From positions 26,963-90,962 of the forward strand of contig JAQYTG010000017.1 in NCBI GenBank assembly GCA_028724905.1: 64,000 bases of DNA. The letters are read 5' to 3'. Below the pieces are notes generated by a model. The model searched no databases and had not been told where the DNA came from. It saw nothing but the letters and a program-made list of their open reading frames with translations. The position numbers and the translations under genes were made by a program. Of the stretch, positions 38,088 to 46,590 are shown in pieces. This stretch comes from Actinomycetaceae bacterium. Its GTDB lineage: Bacteria; Actinomycetota; Actinomycetes; Actinomycetales; Actinomycetaceae. Each line of letters starts with the position of its first letter. Positions within the stretch are counted from its first letter, which is position 1.

Positions 38088-40733
38088 CTACACGCCGGTA
38101 GTAACGGCACACTGGTAGCGATGGCCAGGAACCGTTGAGAAGACGTTGAGCACATGATCAATATGTTCCACCTCAACGCTCAGATGCGTGCAGCAATCCG
38201 TCACCGAAGCAATCACCCCAGAGTTCAAACGCAGAGCAGCTGTTCCTCCCTGCGCAGCGATGATATCTAGCCGCGATATTTCCCCGTCTTCCCACTCCAT
38301 CGCCAGCGTAAACCCTCCGCGGGCGGCGAGGCCTTTCACAGCTCCATGCTTTGCCCACACTGCAGGTAATGCTGGCAGACAGTGAATGTAGTAGGGATAC
38401 GTTTTTCCGCCCGCCGATTCATACGTGGCGTTAGATTGCACAAGCAGCTCACATATACCAGCAGTTAGCCCAAAATTTCCATCTATCTGGAAAGGAGGGT
38501 GCCGATCAAAGAGATTCGGATAGATCCCTTGCGCGCAAAAAGCCTCAAGACACTCATAGGCATTGTCTCCGTAGCCCGTTCGCGCCCAAGAATTGAGTCT
38601 TTGCGCCAGCCCCCATCCGGTCGCGTTGTTTCCCCGCATATTTAGGCTCTGCACAGCTGCAGCCATATACTGCGGGCGATCAATCGTTATAAAATTTCCT
38701 GGATAAAGACCCAGCAGGTGTGAGAGATGCCGGTGCTGCAGCTGATAATGCTCAATTTCAGAACCGTCACGGTAGCAGCCGAGGGCACCCTCGTCATACC
38801 ATTCCTTAATCTGCCCGGAATCGCCCACGTCCACGGGATGCAACAGCTCCACAGCTCCACGCAATGAACGATTCGCCTGAGGGTCGGCAAATTCTCCATC
38901 TCTGTCCCATAGGCGCACCCAATGCGAGGACACGCACCCCTCAGCTGAACCCAGCAGATCGTCGTCAGCTCCAAGCCGTTCAGTAGCCTCAATGGTATCC
39001 GTGAATAGCTGCCATATCAGCACTTGTTCATAGGTATTGCCATCTGTAGCAACCGGCCCGTGTTCGGGCGAATATGCAGGTGCACACACCAACCGAGTTG
39101 TTCCATAAGCGTCCGTGGCAGGATGGAGTATCTTCTCAAGATAGAGAACGCACGATTCTCGAAGAAGTGGATACACCCGCTCTCGGAGCAGATCCTCATC
39201 CCCCACAAACAGGTAGTAGTCGTAGAGCTGATGCAGTATCCACGGAATTACAGCTGGGCTCCACCCCCACGAAAATACTGCACCTGGAGTCGTCCAGCCG
39301 AAAGGAGTATTTTCGGTGTGTACCATATAGCCGCTGCCCTTGCTACCATCAGTACCCGCATACACACGTGCAGTGATTCGTCCAGGTTCCACCAGGTTTT
39401 CCACGAAAGCAATCAGCGGCTCCATGCACTCCCACAGTTGGGTGCTGGCCGTATGCCAGTAATTCATTTGAAGATTCACGTTCAGGTGATAGTCAGATCG
39501 CCAGATATTCTCGCCGTTGGTATCCTGAGCTCCGAATGCCCACACACCTTGCAAATTCGCTGGCAGTAAACTATCGCCCCTCGAACTCGCCACCAGCAGA
39601 TAGCGGCCATAAGCAAAGAGCAGCATATAAAGATACCGATATTGCTCCGGAGAAGCTACTCCTTGAGCGCATTTCGATACCAATACGTCGGTAGCATCTG
39701 CTCCATCCTGCCCATATAGTTGCAACTCAGTATCGCCGAGCACTCTGCTCATGTCGGCAAGGTGATCACTACGCACCGCTGCGTACCCTCGACGCGCAGC
39801 CATCGCCGTCACGCCCTCAGCTCGTCGGCACACATCCCCCAGCTTCTCGCCCGTACGGTACACAGGAAAGTTGGCAGCGTAATCAGTTGCTAGATGTATA
39901 TAGATCGTGACGGCGTTCGCATCCGTGATACGCAAACGGCCAGTAGGCACCTGCGGATCTGCATCTTGCGAATCTGCGTCTAAAAACTTGCATGAGGCAT
40001 GGCCGGCTTCGATGCGCATATCTGCAACGTAGTGCAGCCCGTTGTTGTGCAGTTGCCCGCCCAAACTGAGATGCCCATCTGAAAGCTCCACCGCAACCCT
40101 CTCGTGGTTGAGTTCAGAGTTGTGGGCAGAACGCAGATCGACGTCCACCGCAAAAGTTCCGTGATCCACCTCAAGGCGCACCACGAGCACGTCGTCGGGG
40201 TGAGAGACAAAATAGCTGCGGGAAAAGCGCTGATGGCGAAGACGATACGTCACGTTTACGATACCGGAGGCAAGATCTAATGAGCGGTGATAATCATCCA
40301 CATCAGCAGAAGTAAGATCTGGAAAATGCAGCCACAAATCGCCAAAACGCTGATAGCCTCCATACTCATCTTCCCTATTGAGCCCACCCAAAAGCCCTGA
40401 AGCAGCGAGGTTTTGAGCTTCTTCAATACGGCCTGCTTCACATAAACTCTGCACCTGCCGGAGAGTGGCGCCAAACTGCCCGTGATCTTCTGAATTGCCT
40501 CCGGAGTATGTACTGGTGGAGCCTGGCCCTCCCGTCCACAACGTTTTCTCATTGAGCACAATACGCTCATTGCGCAGTTCACCGTATACCGTGGCACCCA
40601 TATCGCCGTTGCCAATGGGCAATGTGGTCTGCTGCCAACGATTTCCCTCCACACCCTGTTCGCTGGCATCTGCCAGATCGTCTCGATACAGAAGGGGAGT
40701 TAAAGAAGCGGGTTGATCATAGCGACATTTCAT
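38088..40733 (-). CDS. Glycoside hydrolase family 95 (1,2-alpha-L-fucosidase-like), no signal peptide
   Basis: LPIGNGDMGA, YGRYLLVASSR, PANLQGVW, DYHLNVNLQMNYW, SPEHGP, HRHLSHL and HPPFQIDGNFG. Confidence 0.92.
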   Translation of the reverse strand: MKCRYDQPASLTPLLYRDDLADASEQGVEGNRWQQTTLPIGNGDMGATVYGELRNERIVLNEKTLWTGGPGSTSTYSGGNSEDHGQFGATLRQVQSLCEAGRIEEAQNLAASGLLGGLNREDEYGGYQRFGDLWLHFPDLTSADVDDYHRSLDLASGIVNVTYRLRHQRFSRSYFVSHPDDVLVVRLEVDHGTFAVDVDLRSAHNSELNHERVAVELSDGHLSLGGQLHNNGLHYVADMRIEAGHASCKFLDADSQDADPQVPTGRLRITDANAVTIYIHLATDYAANFPVYRTGEKLGDVCRRAEGVTAMAARRGYAAVRSDHLADMSRVLGDTELQLYGQDGADATDVLVSKCAQGVASPEQYRYLYMLLFAYGRYLLVASSRGDSLLPANLQGVWAFGAQDTNGENIWRSDYHLNVNLQMNYWHTASTQLWECMEPLIAFVENLVEPGRITARVYAGTDGSKGSGYMVHTENTPFGWTTPGAVFSWGWSPAVIPWILHQLYDYYLFVGDEDLLRERVYPLLRESCVLYLEKILHPATDAYGTTRLVCAPAYSPEHGPVATDGNTYEQVLIWQLFTDTIEATERLGADDDLLGSAEGCVSSHWVRLWDRDGEFADPQANRSLRGAVELLHPVDVGDSGQIKEWYDEGALGCYRDGSEIEHYQLQHRHLSHLLGLYPGNFITIDRPQYMAAAVQSLNMRGNNATGWGLAQRLNSWARTGYGDNAYECLEAFCAQGIYPNLFDRHPPFQIDGNFGLTAGICELLVQSNATYESAGGKTYPYYIHCLPALPAVWAKHGAVKGLAARGGFTLAMEWEDGEISRLDIIAAQGGTAALRLNSGVIASVTDCCTHLSVEVEHIDHVLNVFSTVPGHRYQCAVTTGV

Positions 40734-40874
40734 CGCGGCAATTCTAGCGAAAAATAACCGCCACCACTCGGAATTGCCACGTTACGCAATCAACACGAAA
40801 AAGAGGGGGTTCTCAGACCCTCAGCCCGTCTAGCCCACTCTGATGCTGTCTCGTGGTTAGGGCTGTTCGTGCCG

Positions 40875-40953
40875 TGGTGGCTGCCCCCCCCTGGTTGGGC
40901 TTGGGGGATTCGGCCGACGGCGAAGAACCGCACGCGCCCAAGCCAAGCGCAGC
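40875..40953. repeat. 79-bp direct repeat, copy 2 (non-coding, upstream of GH95)
   Basis: Identical to 37607-37685. Similarity continues degenerately for ~13 bp (ggccgtagagcac vs agcgcagagcac). Confidence 0.95.
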
Positions 40954-40982
40954 GGCCGTAGAGCACGAAGACGAAGAAAAAG

Positions 40983-41018
40983 AGGGGGATCCCTACTCGT
41001 ATGAGTAGGGATCCCCCT
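40983..41018 (-). terminator. Intrinsic terminator of the surface-protein gene
   Basis: Perfect 16-bp stem agggggatccctactc / gagtagggatccccct with a GTAT loop. It is followed by CTTTTTCTTC on the minus strand. Confidence 0.85.
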
Positions 41019-41044
41019 TCTTCTTCAATGTTTGTGATAACGAC

Positions 41045-41214
41045 CCTCACCACACCAACCAAGCCCTAGCAAGCTAGCTGCCTGGTTAGCAAGCCGACAA
41101 GCTAGGTGGCTAGTTAGTTGCCTGGTTGGCAAGCTCGTAGCTAGCTGCCTGGCTGCCTGGCTGGCTGCTTAAGTGGCTAGCTAACAAGCTAGAGCTGGCT
41201 GGTTGGTTAGGTGG
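41045..41214. repeat. Low-complexity gcta/gctg/gtta-type tract
   Basis: Degenerate 4-nt-based repeats such as caagctagctgcctggttagcaagc and gctgcctggctgcctggctggctgc. Confidence 0.7.
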
Positions 41215-44200
41215 TCACTCGGTGCGGCGCCGGCGAGCAGCGACCAGCACACCACCAGCAGCCACCACCAACACTGACACACCCAGCAGACCAGCTAACA
41301 CCGAACCAGTCTCAGGCATCCGCTCCGGACTAGCCGGCTCACCAGCCCCACCGAAATCATCAGTCACAGCAGGATCCGTCACCGGCTCACCCTTCTGGCC
41401 TGGATCAGCCACGGTCTTACCCGTACCAGGATCCACCATCGTGTTCACCTCATCACCATCCTGGCGACCATCACCATCCGTATCAGCCCGATTCGGATTC
41501 GTCGGCTTACCTGAAACAGAATTACCCCGACCCGTCACCTCATCAGCATCGTTAATACCATCACCATCAGTATCAGGATCATTCGGATTCGTATTACCAG
41601 GCTTCCCGCTTGGATCATACTTATCACCCTGGAACGGATTCTTATCACCGTTCACCTCATCACCATCAGACAAGCCATCACCATCAGAATCAGGATTCAA
41701 CGGATCAGTCGGATCCAGATTCCCATCCTTATCCTTGTGATTCACCTCGTCACCATCAGACAGACCATCACCATCAGTATCAGCCGAATTCGGATCCGTC
41801 ACCGGCTCATCCTTCTGGTCAGGATCAGCCACAGTCTTGCCGTTCTCATCCACCTTAGTGCCGATCTCGTCACCATCGGTCACGCCGTCACCATCAGTAT
41901 CAGGATTCGTCGGATCGGTCGGAGCACCAGGCTTACCAGAATCCTCAGTCAGATTCCCGTCCTCATCGAACGGATTCTTCTCACCCGTGAGCTCGTCACC
42001 ATCGTTAATACCATCTTTATCGGTATCAGCATCAGCAGGATTGGTACGAGGCTCGTCCTTCTGGTCAGGATCAGGCACAGTCTTACCCGTATCCGGATCC
42101 ACCGTGGTGTTCGTCTCGTCCCCATCCTTCAGGCCATCACCATCAGTGTCAGGATTCTTCGGATCGGTCGGATCACCACCCTCATAACCATTGACCTCGT
42201 CACCATCATTGATGCCATCACCATCAGTATCAGGATTCGTCGGATCAGTGTCGTGATCCTTCTCATCCCCATCCTTCAGGCCATCACCATCAGTATCAGG
42301 ATTCTTCGGATCAGTACCATCTTGGTTCTCCTGATCATCATCGACCTTATCATTATCATCATCAGGATCAGTCACATCAGGATCACCATCACCATCAGTG
42401 TCCAACTGGAAGTGAGCATTCACCTCATCAATACCACCATTATTCGGATAGGTGACCACCACCGGCACATCAAACTCCTCGGCCGTATTAGCAGTCGGCT
42501 GATCAGGAGCGCTCACCGTAATCTCACCAGTATTAGGATCAATCGTCACGGTATAACCAGCAGGAGCCGTCCAACCATTCTTCAGAGCAAACGTCGTGCC
42601 CTCAGGAGCAGTCGCCTTAGCACCATCCTTGTCCGTGAACGAAGGATCCACAGTAGCAGGAGTACCAGGCACCACCAGAGTATTCGGATACGCCGGCTCC
42701 AACAACTGCGCCACCGAGCAACCATTCTCGTCCACCGTCACCCCAGCAGGAGTATCAGCACAATCATCCTGATCGTCCGGCACACCATCACCATCACCAT
42801 CATCAGGCGAAGTAGGCTGGGTCACCGTAATATCACCAGGCTCAGACGTCACACTCTTCGGAGTATCCGACCCATCATCCACAGGATCATAGGACACACT
42901 CACCGTGTAAGTGCCGTCAATCGGAGCCGTCGGCGTCCCAGAAATCACACACCCACCCCGAGCAGCGTCATACGTAATCACCAGACCATCAGCCAAACCA
43001 GTAGCCGAGCACTGCAAATCCGTAGCCTTACCAGGATTCTCCACCGGAATCACAACCTCCGTGATAGGCGTACCCACCACACCAGTAATCCCAGGCAACG
43101 GATCACCATTATTCACACTCGGAGCCACCGAGCAACCATTCTCGTCCACCTGAGCTCCAGCAGGAGTACCAGCACAATCATCCTGATCGTCCGGCACGCC
43201 ATCACCATCACCATCATCAGGCGAAACCTGGGCATACTGAGCCGTGATCGTGGTCGCCTGAGCAAACGTACCCGTCAGGTTCTTATCCCAGCCAGTGAAC
43301 CGCCACCCATCAGCAGCAGTCACATCAGGAGCCGTCAAAGTCACCTCCACAGCAGGATTCACCTTCACGACCGTCACCGCACCATCAGCAAACGAACCAT
43401 GCTCACCAGCAGCAAACGTCACATCCACATAATTATCCGGCACAACCGGAGGATTATCAGGATCAGTCACCGGCACCACATCAGCCACAAACGTCACCGA
43501 CACATCCGGCGCATCCGTCGAATCATCACGATACGTCACCGTCATCGGCACCGTCGTCTCACCCACAGTCTTGGCAGGCAGACCATTCGTCGGCACAATA
43601 CTCGTAATACGAGGATCAGTCGCCGGCACAGCCTCATCATCAGCCGTATCCTCAGTACCCTTCGTATCCGTCACACTCACAGCACCCTTCAAAGCCGCCG
43701 TCAAATCCTCATCAGACACCGACACCGGCACCACAACAGAACCACCAACAGCATCCAGAGAATCCGTCAGATCAGGATCGGCTGGTGGAGTCGTGTTAGC
43801 TACTGTGAACGTGGCCGTGGCCTTTTTCGTCACGCTAGTTACTTCTGGGTTTCCACCCATGGGGTTGAACTTCATCAGCACGGGGATATCAAAGGACTGC
43901 CCTTGCTGTGCCTCGGTTGGAGTGAACGTGACGACACCAGTATCAGGATTCACCGATACCTGATCAGCAGTGACGCCATCAGGGAGGGTGCCGAGCTCAA
44001 ACGTTGCAGCTGCAGGCTTCTGCTCAGTAGTACCAGCAGTCTTTGGATTGTCGAAAATAGGATTGCTCGTAGCTGCTTGACCCACAGTCGCATCCGCATC
44101 CTCATAATCCAAGTACGTGGGATCAGCCAGGAAAGCATCAGCGAGTAATGCGTCATCAAGATTATTAGCAGCAGAAGCAGCAGGGAACACTGCCGACGTG

Positions 44201-45762
44201 AAAATGGCAGGGGTCGCTAGATCCTCAGGAATCGGGAGATCACACGACGTCAGGCTACCCGTTGCGCTGGTATCCATCGGAGTGCACCTAGCACCATCTA
44301 CTGGCTGCCCATCCTTAAACCACTGAATCGTGTAAGAACTGAGAGGCACAAGACCACGGGTTTCCGACACTGCCGGATCATCACCAGGAGCAGCAGGATT
44401 AGTGTTCACGTCATAATTAGTCACATTATGGTTCGGTGACGTTGCCAGCAGCGCAAAATCCTGAGCCGAGATGTTGTCCGATGCCAATTCGATACCGCCG
44501 TTTTTACTGGGCGACTGGAACATATTGATCGGGAACGCCTTCATCCAGACGTCTTGCTTACCATCAACAACCGGATACGCATACATATACTCGGTATTGA
44601 CGTGACGCTCACCTACAGAGCCCCACTTGGTGACGCTACTGTGAGCACCGTCGTCATCTGCGACCGCGCCCCAGGTCTTACCCGCAGGGACACCTTTATC
44701 ATTCTGGTATCCACGCCCCCACAAGCCTTGGAACGGAATATAGTAGTTAGTGTCAGCTTTCACCGTGCCTACCACGGTCTCAGCAATGTGCGAACCCACA
44801 CCATGCTGTTCCTGATAGGTCTTAACGATCTGCTCCTGTGCTTCTTTGAAAGCCTGCACGGTATAACCACGGTGATCGTTTTCCCACTGCTTGAAAGCGC
44901 GAGCCACCTCATCATTCACATACGAAGCAACAATTTTTACGTTCGTGGCAGCCTTGTCGCCATTCGAAGACTGGTATTCATACAAACCAGCAGGAGAACC
45001 AGCACCTTCAGCCTGTTCCCACCATGCTTTACCTCTGAAAGTGCCAGAATTGCCTGAATCATTCCAAATACCATCGGAACCAGGAGCGGCCGTCCATTCA
45101 GCTTCCGGCTTGGCAAGCCAGCCAACAGCATTAGGCCTTTCCGAGAAAGCTATCTGAGCACCAACAATGCGCTCAATCCCGACGGTGAAATCCCAGGACT
45201 CATTTGCACGCTCGAGACGGCCGTGGAACGTACCACTAAACTTGTCGCCACCCTTGACGACCATAAGATTTTCATCAGGACTCTCAGCCCACGTACGCAC
45301 CCGCGTCTTAGAACCATTAATGCCCGCCAAACGGAACTTGTGCTCTACGCCCAGCGGATCAACGAGCGGCTTCGAAAGATCGAAAGCAAACTTACCTTCG
45401 GTATTGGTAGTCGTGTAGTAGATAGGCGACACGTAACCAGAGCCATCAATCCACTGCAAGAACACCTTGACATTCTGCATCATATCTTCAGGCTTAACAC
45501 CTGAAGCCGCCATATCACCATTACGGGCAAAAAAGACTTGACCGTTGTAGCTAAACTTCTGAAAAGGATCAACAACGCCCGTAGCCTCAATAGCCGTCGC
45601 CTCAGTAGAGCCAGGCGCTTCCTCAGCCACAGCGATGGGCGCTGGCGTGAGTGCTAACGTGCCTGCGGCTAGGCCTGTGACGCCTAGAGCAAGAGCAGCA
45701 AGCGCAGACGTAGCTTTACGCCACCGCGTGCCTCCCCCCGCGCTTAATTTCTTAGTTTCCAT
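41215..45762 (-). CDS. Sortase-anchored surface protein (1515 aa) with Ig-like/Rib-like modules and many Ca-binding DxDGDG (thrombospondin type 3-like) repeats
   Basis: Signal peptide, Ig-like beta repeats (VVTYP motif), about 12 DTDGDG motifs, and MPETG sorting motif plus TM and RRRR tail. Confidence 0.92.
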   Translation of the reverse strand: METKKLSAGGGTRWRKATSALAALALGVTGLAAGTLALTPAPIAVAEEAPGSTEATAIEATGVVDPFQKFSYNGQVFFARNGDMAASGVKPEDMMQNVKVFLQWIDGSGYVSPIYYTTTNTEGKFAFDLSKPLVDPLGVEHKFRLAGINGSKTRVRTWAESPDENLMVVKGGDKFSGTFHGRLERANESWDFTVGIERIVGAQIAFSERPNAVGWLAKPEAEWTAAPGSDGIWNDSGNSGTFRGKAWWEQAEGAGSPAGLYEYQSSNGDKAATNVKIVASYVNDEVARAFKQWENDHRGYTVQAFKEAQEQIVKTYQEQHGVGSHIAETVVGTVKADTNYYIPFQGLWGRGYQNDKGVPAGKTWGAVADDDGAHSSVTKWGSVGERHVNTEYMYAYPVVDGKQDVWMKAFPINMFQSPSKNGGIELASDNISAQDFALLATSPNHNVTNYDVNTNPAAPGDDPAVSETRGLVPLSSYTIQWFKDGQPVDGARCTPMDTSATGSLTSCDLPIPEDLATPAIFTSAVFPAASAANNLDDALLADAFLADPTYLDYEDADATVGQAATSNPIFDNPKTAGTTEQKPAAATFELGTLPDGVTADQVSVNPDTGVVTFTPTEAQQGQSFDIPVLMKFNPMGGNPEVTSVTKKATATFTVANTTPPADPDLTDSLDAVGGSVVVPVSVSDEDLTAALKGAVSVTDTKGTEDTADDEAVPATDPRITSIVPTNGLPAKTVGETTVPMTVTYRDDSTDAPDVSVTFVADVVPVTDPDNPPVVPDNYVDVTFAAGEHGSFADGAVTVVKVNPAVEVTLTAPDVTAADGWRFTGWDKNLTGTFAQATTITAQYAQVSPDDGDGDGVPDDQDDCAGTPAGAQVDENGCSVAPSVNNGDPLPGITGVVGTPITEVVIPVENPGKATDLQCSATGLADGLVITYDAARGGCVISGTPTAPIDGTYTVSVSYDPVDDGSDTPKSVTSEPGDITVTQPTSPDDGDGDGVPDDQDDCADTPAGVTVDENGCSVAQLLEPAYPNTLVVPGTPATVDPSFTDKDGAKATAPEGTTFALKNGWTAPAGYTVTIDPNTGEITVSAPDQPTANTAEEFDVPVVVTYPNNGGIDEVNAHFQLDTDGDGDPDVTDPDDDNDKVDDDQENQDGTDPKNPDTDGDGLKDGDEKDHDTDPTNPDTDGDGINDGDEVNGYEGGDPTDPKNPDTDGDGLKDGDETNTTVDPDTGKTVPDPDQKDEPRTNPADADTDKDGINDGDELTGEKNPFDEDGNLTEDSGKPGAPTDPTNPDTDGDGVTDGDEIGTKVDENGKTVADPDQKDEPVTDPNSADTDGDGLSDGDEVNHKDKDGNLDPTDPLNPDSDGDGLSDGDEVNGDKNPFQGDKYDPSGKPGNTNPNDPDTDGDGINDADEVTGRGNSVSGKPTNPNRADTDGDGRQDGDEVNTMVDPGTGKTVADPGQKGEPVTDPAVTDDFGGAGEPASPERMPETGSVLAGLLGVSVLVVAAGGVLVAARRRRTE

Positions 45763-45914
45763 TTAGTATTCCCCTTAAAAAAAACGGAGTAACTATACAA
45801 CCGCCCCTAGAGGGCTGACACCATCCATACCCACACACCCAGCACACCACACAACACAACCTTGCACGATCGCCAGACACGAGCACGAAAACGGGCATAT
45901 ACAATGCCCCTCCG

Positions 45915-45924
45915 CCCCCCCCCC
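45915..45924 (-). repeat. G10 homopolymer upstream of the surface-protein gene
   Basis: Ten consecutive C on the plus strand, ~150 bp upstream of the ATG. Confidence 0.9.
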
Positions 45925-46049
45925 GAAGACGCGATAGTTCAAGCATAGTAATAAATGGAGAAAAACAAAACCAATTCCAGAAAATCACCACACATACGTG
46001 ACAGACCCAACTTTCCCACCCACAAACACAACCAGCCGCACGCCGTCAC

Positions 46050-46259
46050 GCCCAACGAATAGCCCCTCCCACAAACTTCGCCACTATAACCAGCCTCTTG
46101 CGCGGCGGCTCATCCTTCAAGATCGGCATCACTATACGTCGTGCCGTTTGCTGCCGTCTACGTCATTCCTCTAGACCTGCTTCGTCGTTTCTCTAGACCT
46201 ATTTCCTTGAGCGTCTTACGAGTGGCTCCCATTGCATTTCCTGATTCTTGACGGCAAGA
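46050..46259 (-). pseudogene. Remnant of a toxin / ribbon-helix-helix antitoxin gene pair
   Basis: One minus-strand frame reads ...GNAMGATRKTLKEIGLEKRRSRSRG-MT*TAANGTTYSDADLEG*AAAQEAGYSGEVCGRGYSLG. The stops are TAG (46158-46160) and TGA (46110-46112), where Tyr and Trp would fit. Resemblance to actinobacterial toxin C-termini and RHH antitoxin N-termini is from recall, not from a search. Confidence 0.55.
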
Positions 46260-46260
46260 A

Positions 46261-46487
46261 AGCAGGACGTGTAAAAAATTTGCGATTTTTTTTACACGTT
46301 AAAGTGATATGTAAAAACTCTTTACACATAAATATGGAGACCGGAGTGGTTCTGGACAGCCGTGAGTAATTCCAAACAGCCGTGAGTAATTCCAAACTAC
46401 CTTGAGTAATTCCAAACTACCTTGAGTAATTCCGAGCAGCCTTGGACGCAGCATCAGCTACCCACAAATTCGGCGATTTTCGATCTC
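46261..46487. repeat. Long direct repeat, copy 1 (227 bp; palindromes plus four 20-bp units)
   Basis: Matches 47699-47944. Arms acgtgtaaaaaa (46267-46278) / ttttttacacgt (46288-46299); 20-bp units at 46357-46436. Confidence 0.97.
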
Positions 46488-46590
46488 GAAGCCCGTCTAC
46501 GTGGTACGTGGTTGATAACTACATCAGCTTAAAAACTCTCCCCCGAGTGGCTAACTGACAGCATCGCCCCAACTCTAGTGCTTTGATCAC

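Noticed and set aside
40790-41062. 90-aa minus-strand ORF upstream of GH95
   Set aside because: It runs through the terminator hairpin and reads the 79-bp repeat in a different frame from the SBP, so it is not protein-like.
41737-44148. 803-aa plus-strand ORF (and similar overlapping ORFs)
   Set aside because: Antisense shadow of the surface-protein gene. The T/G third-position bias removes antisense stops, and the product is low-complexity Ile/Arg/Thr.
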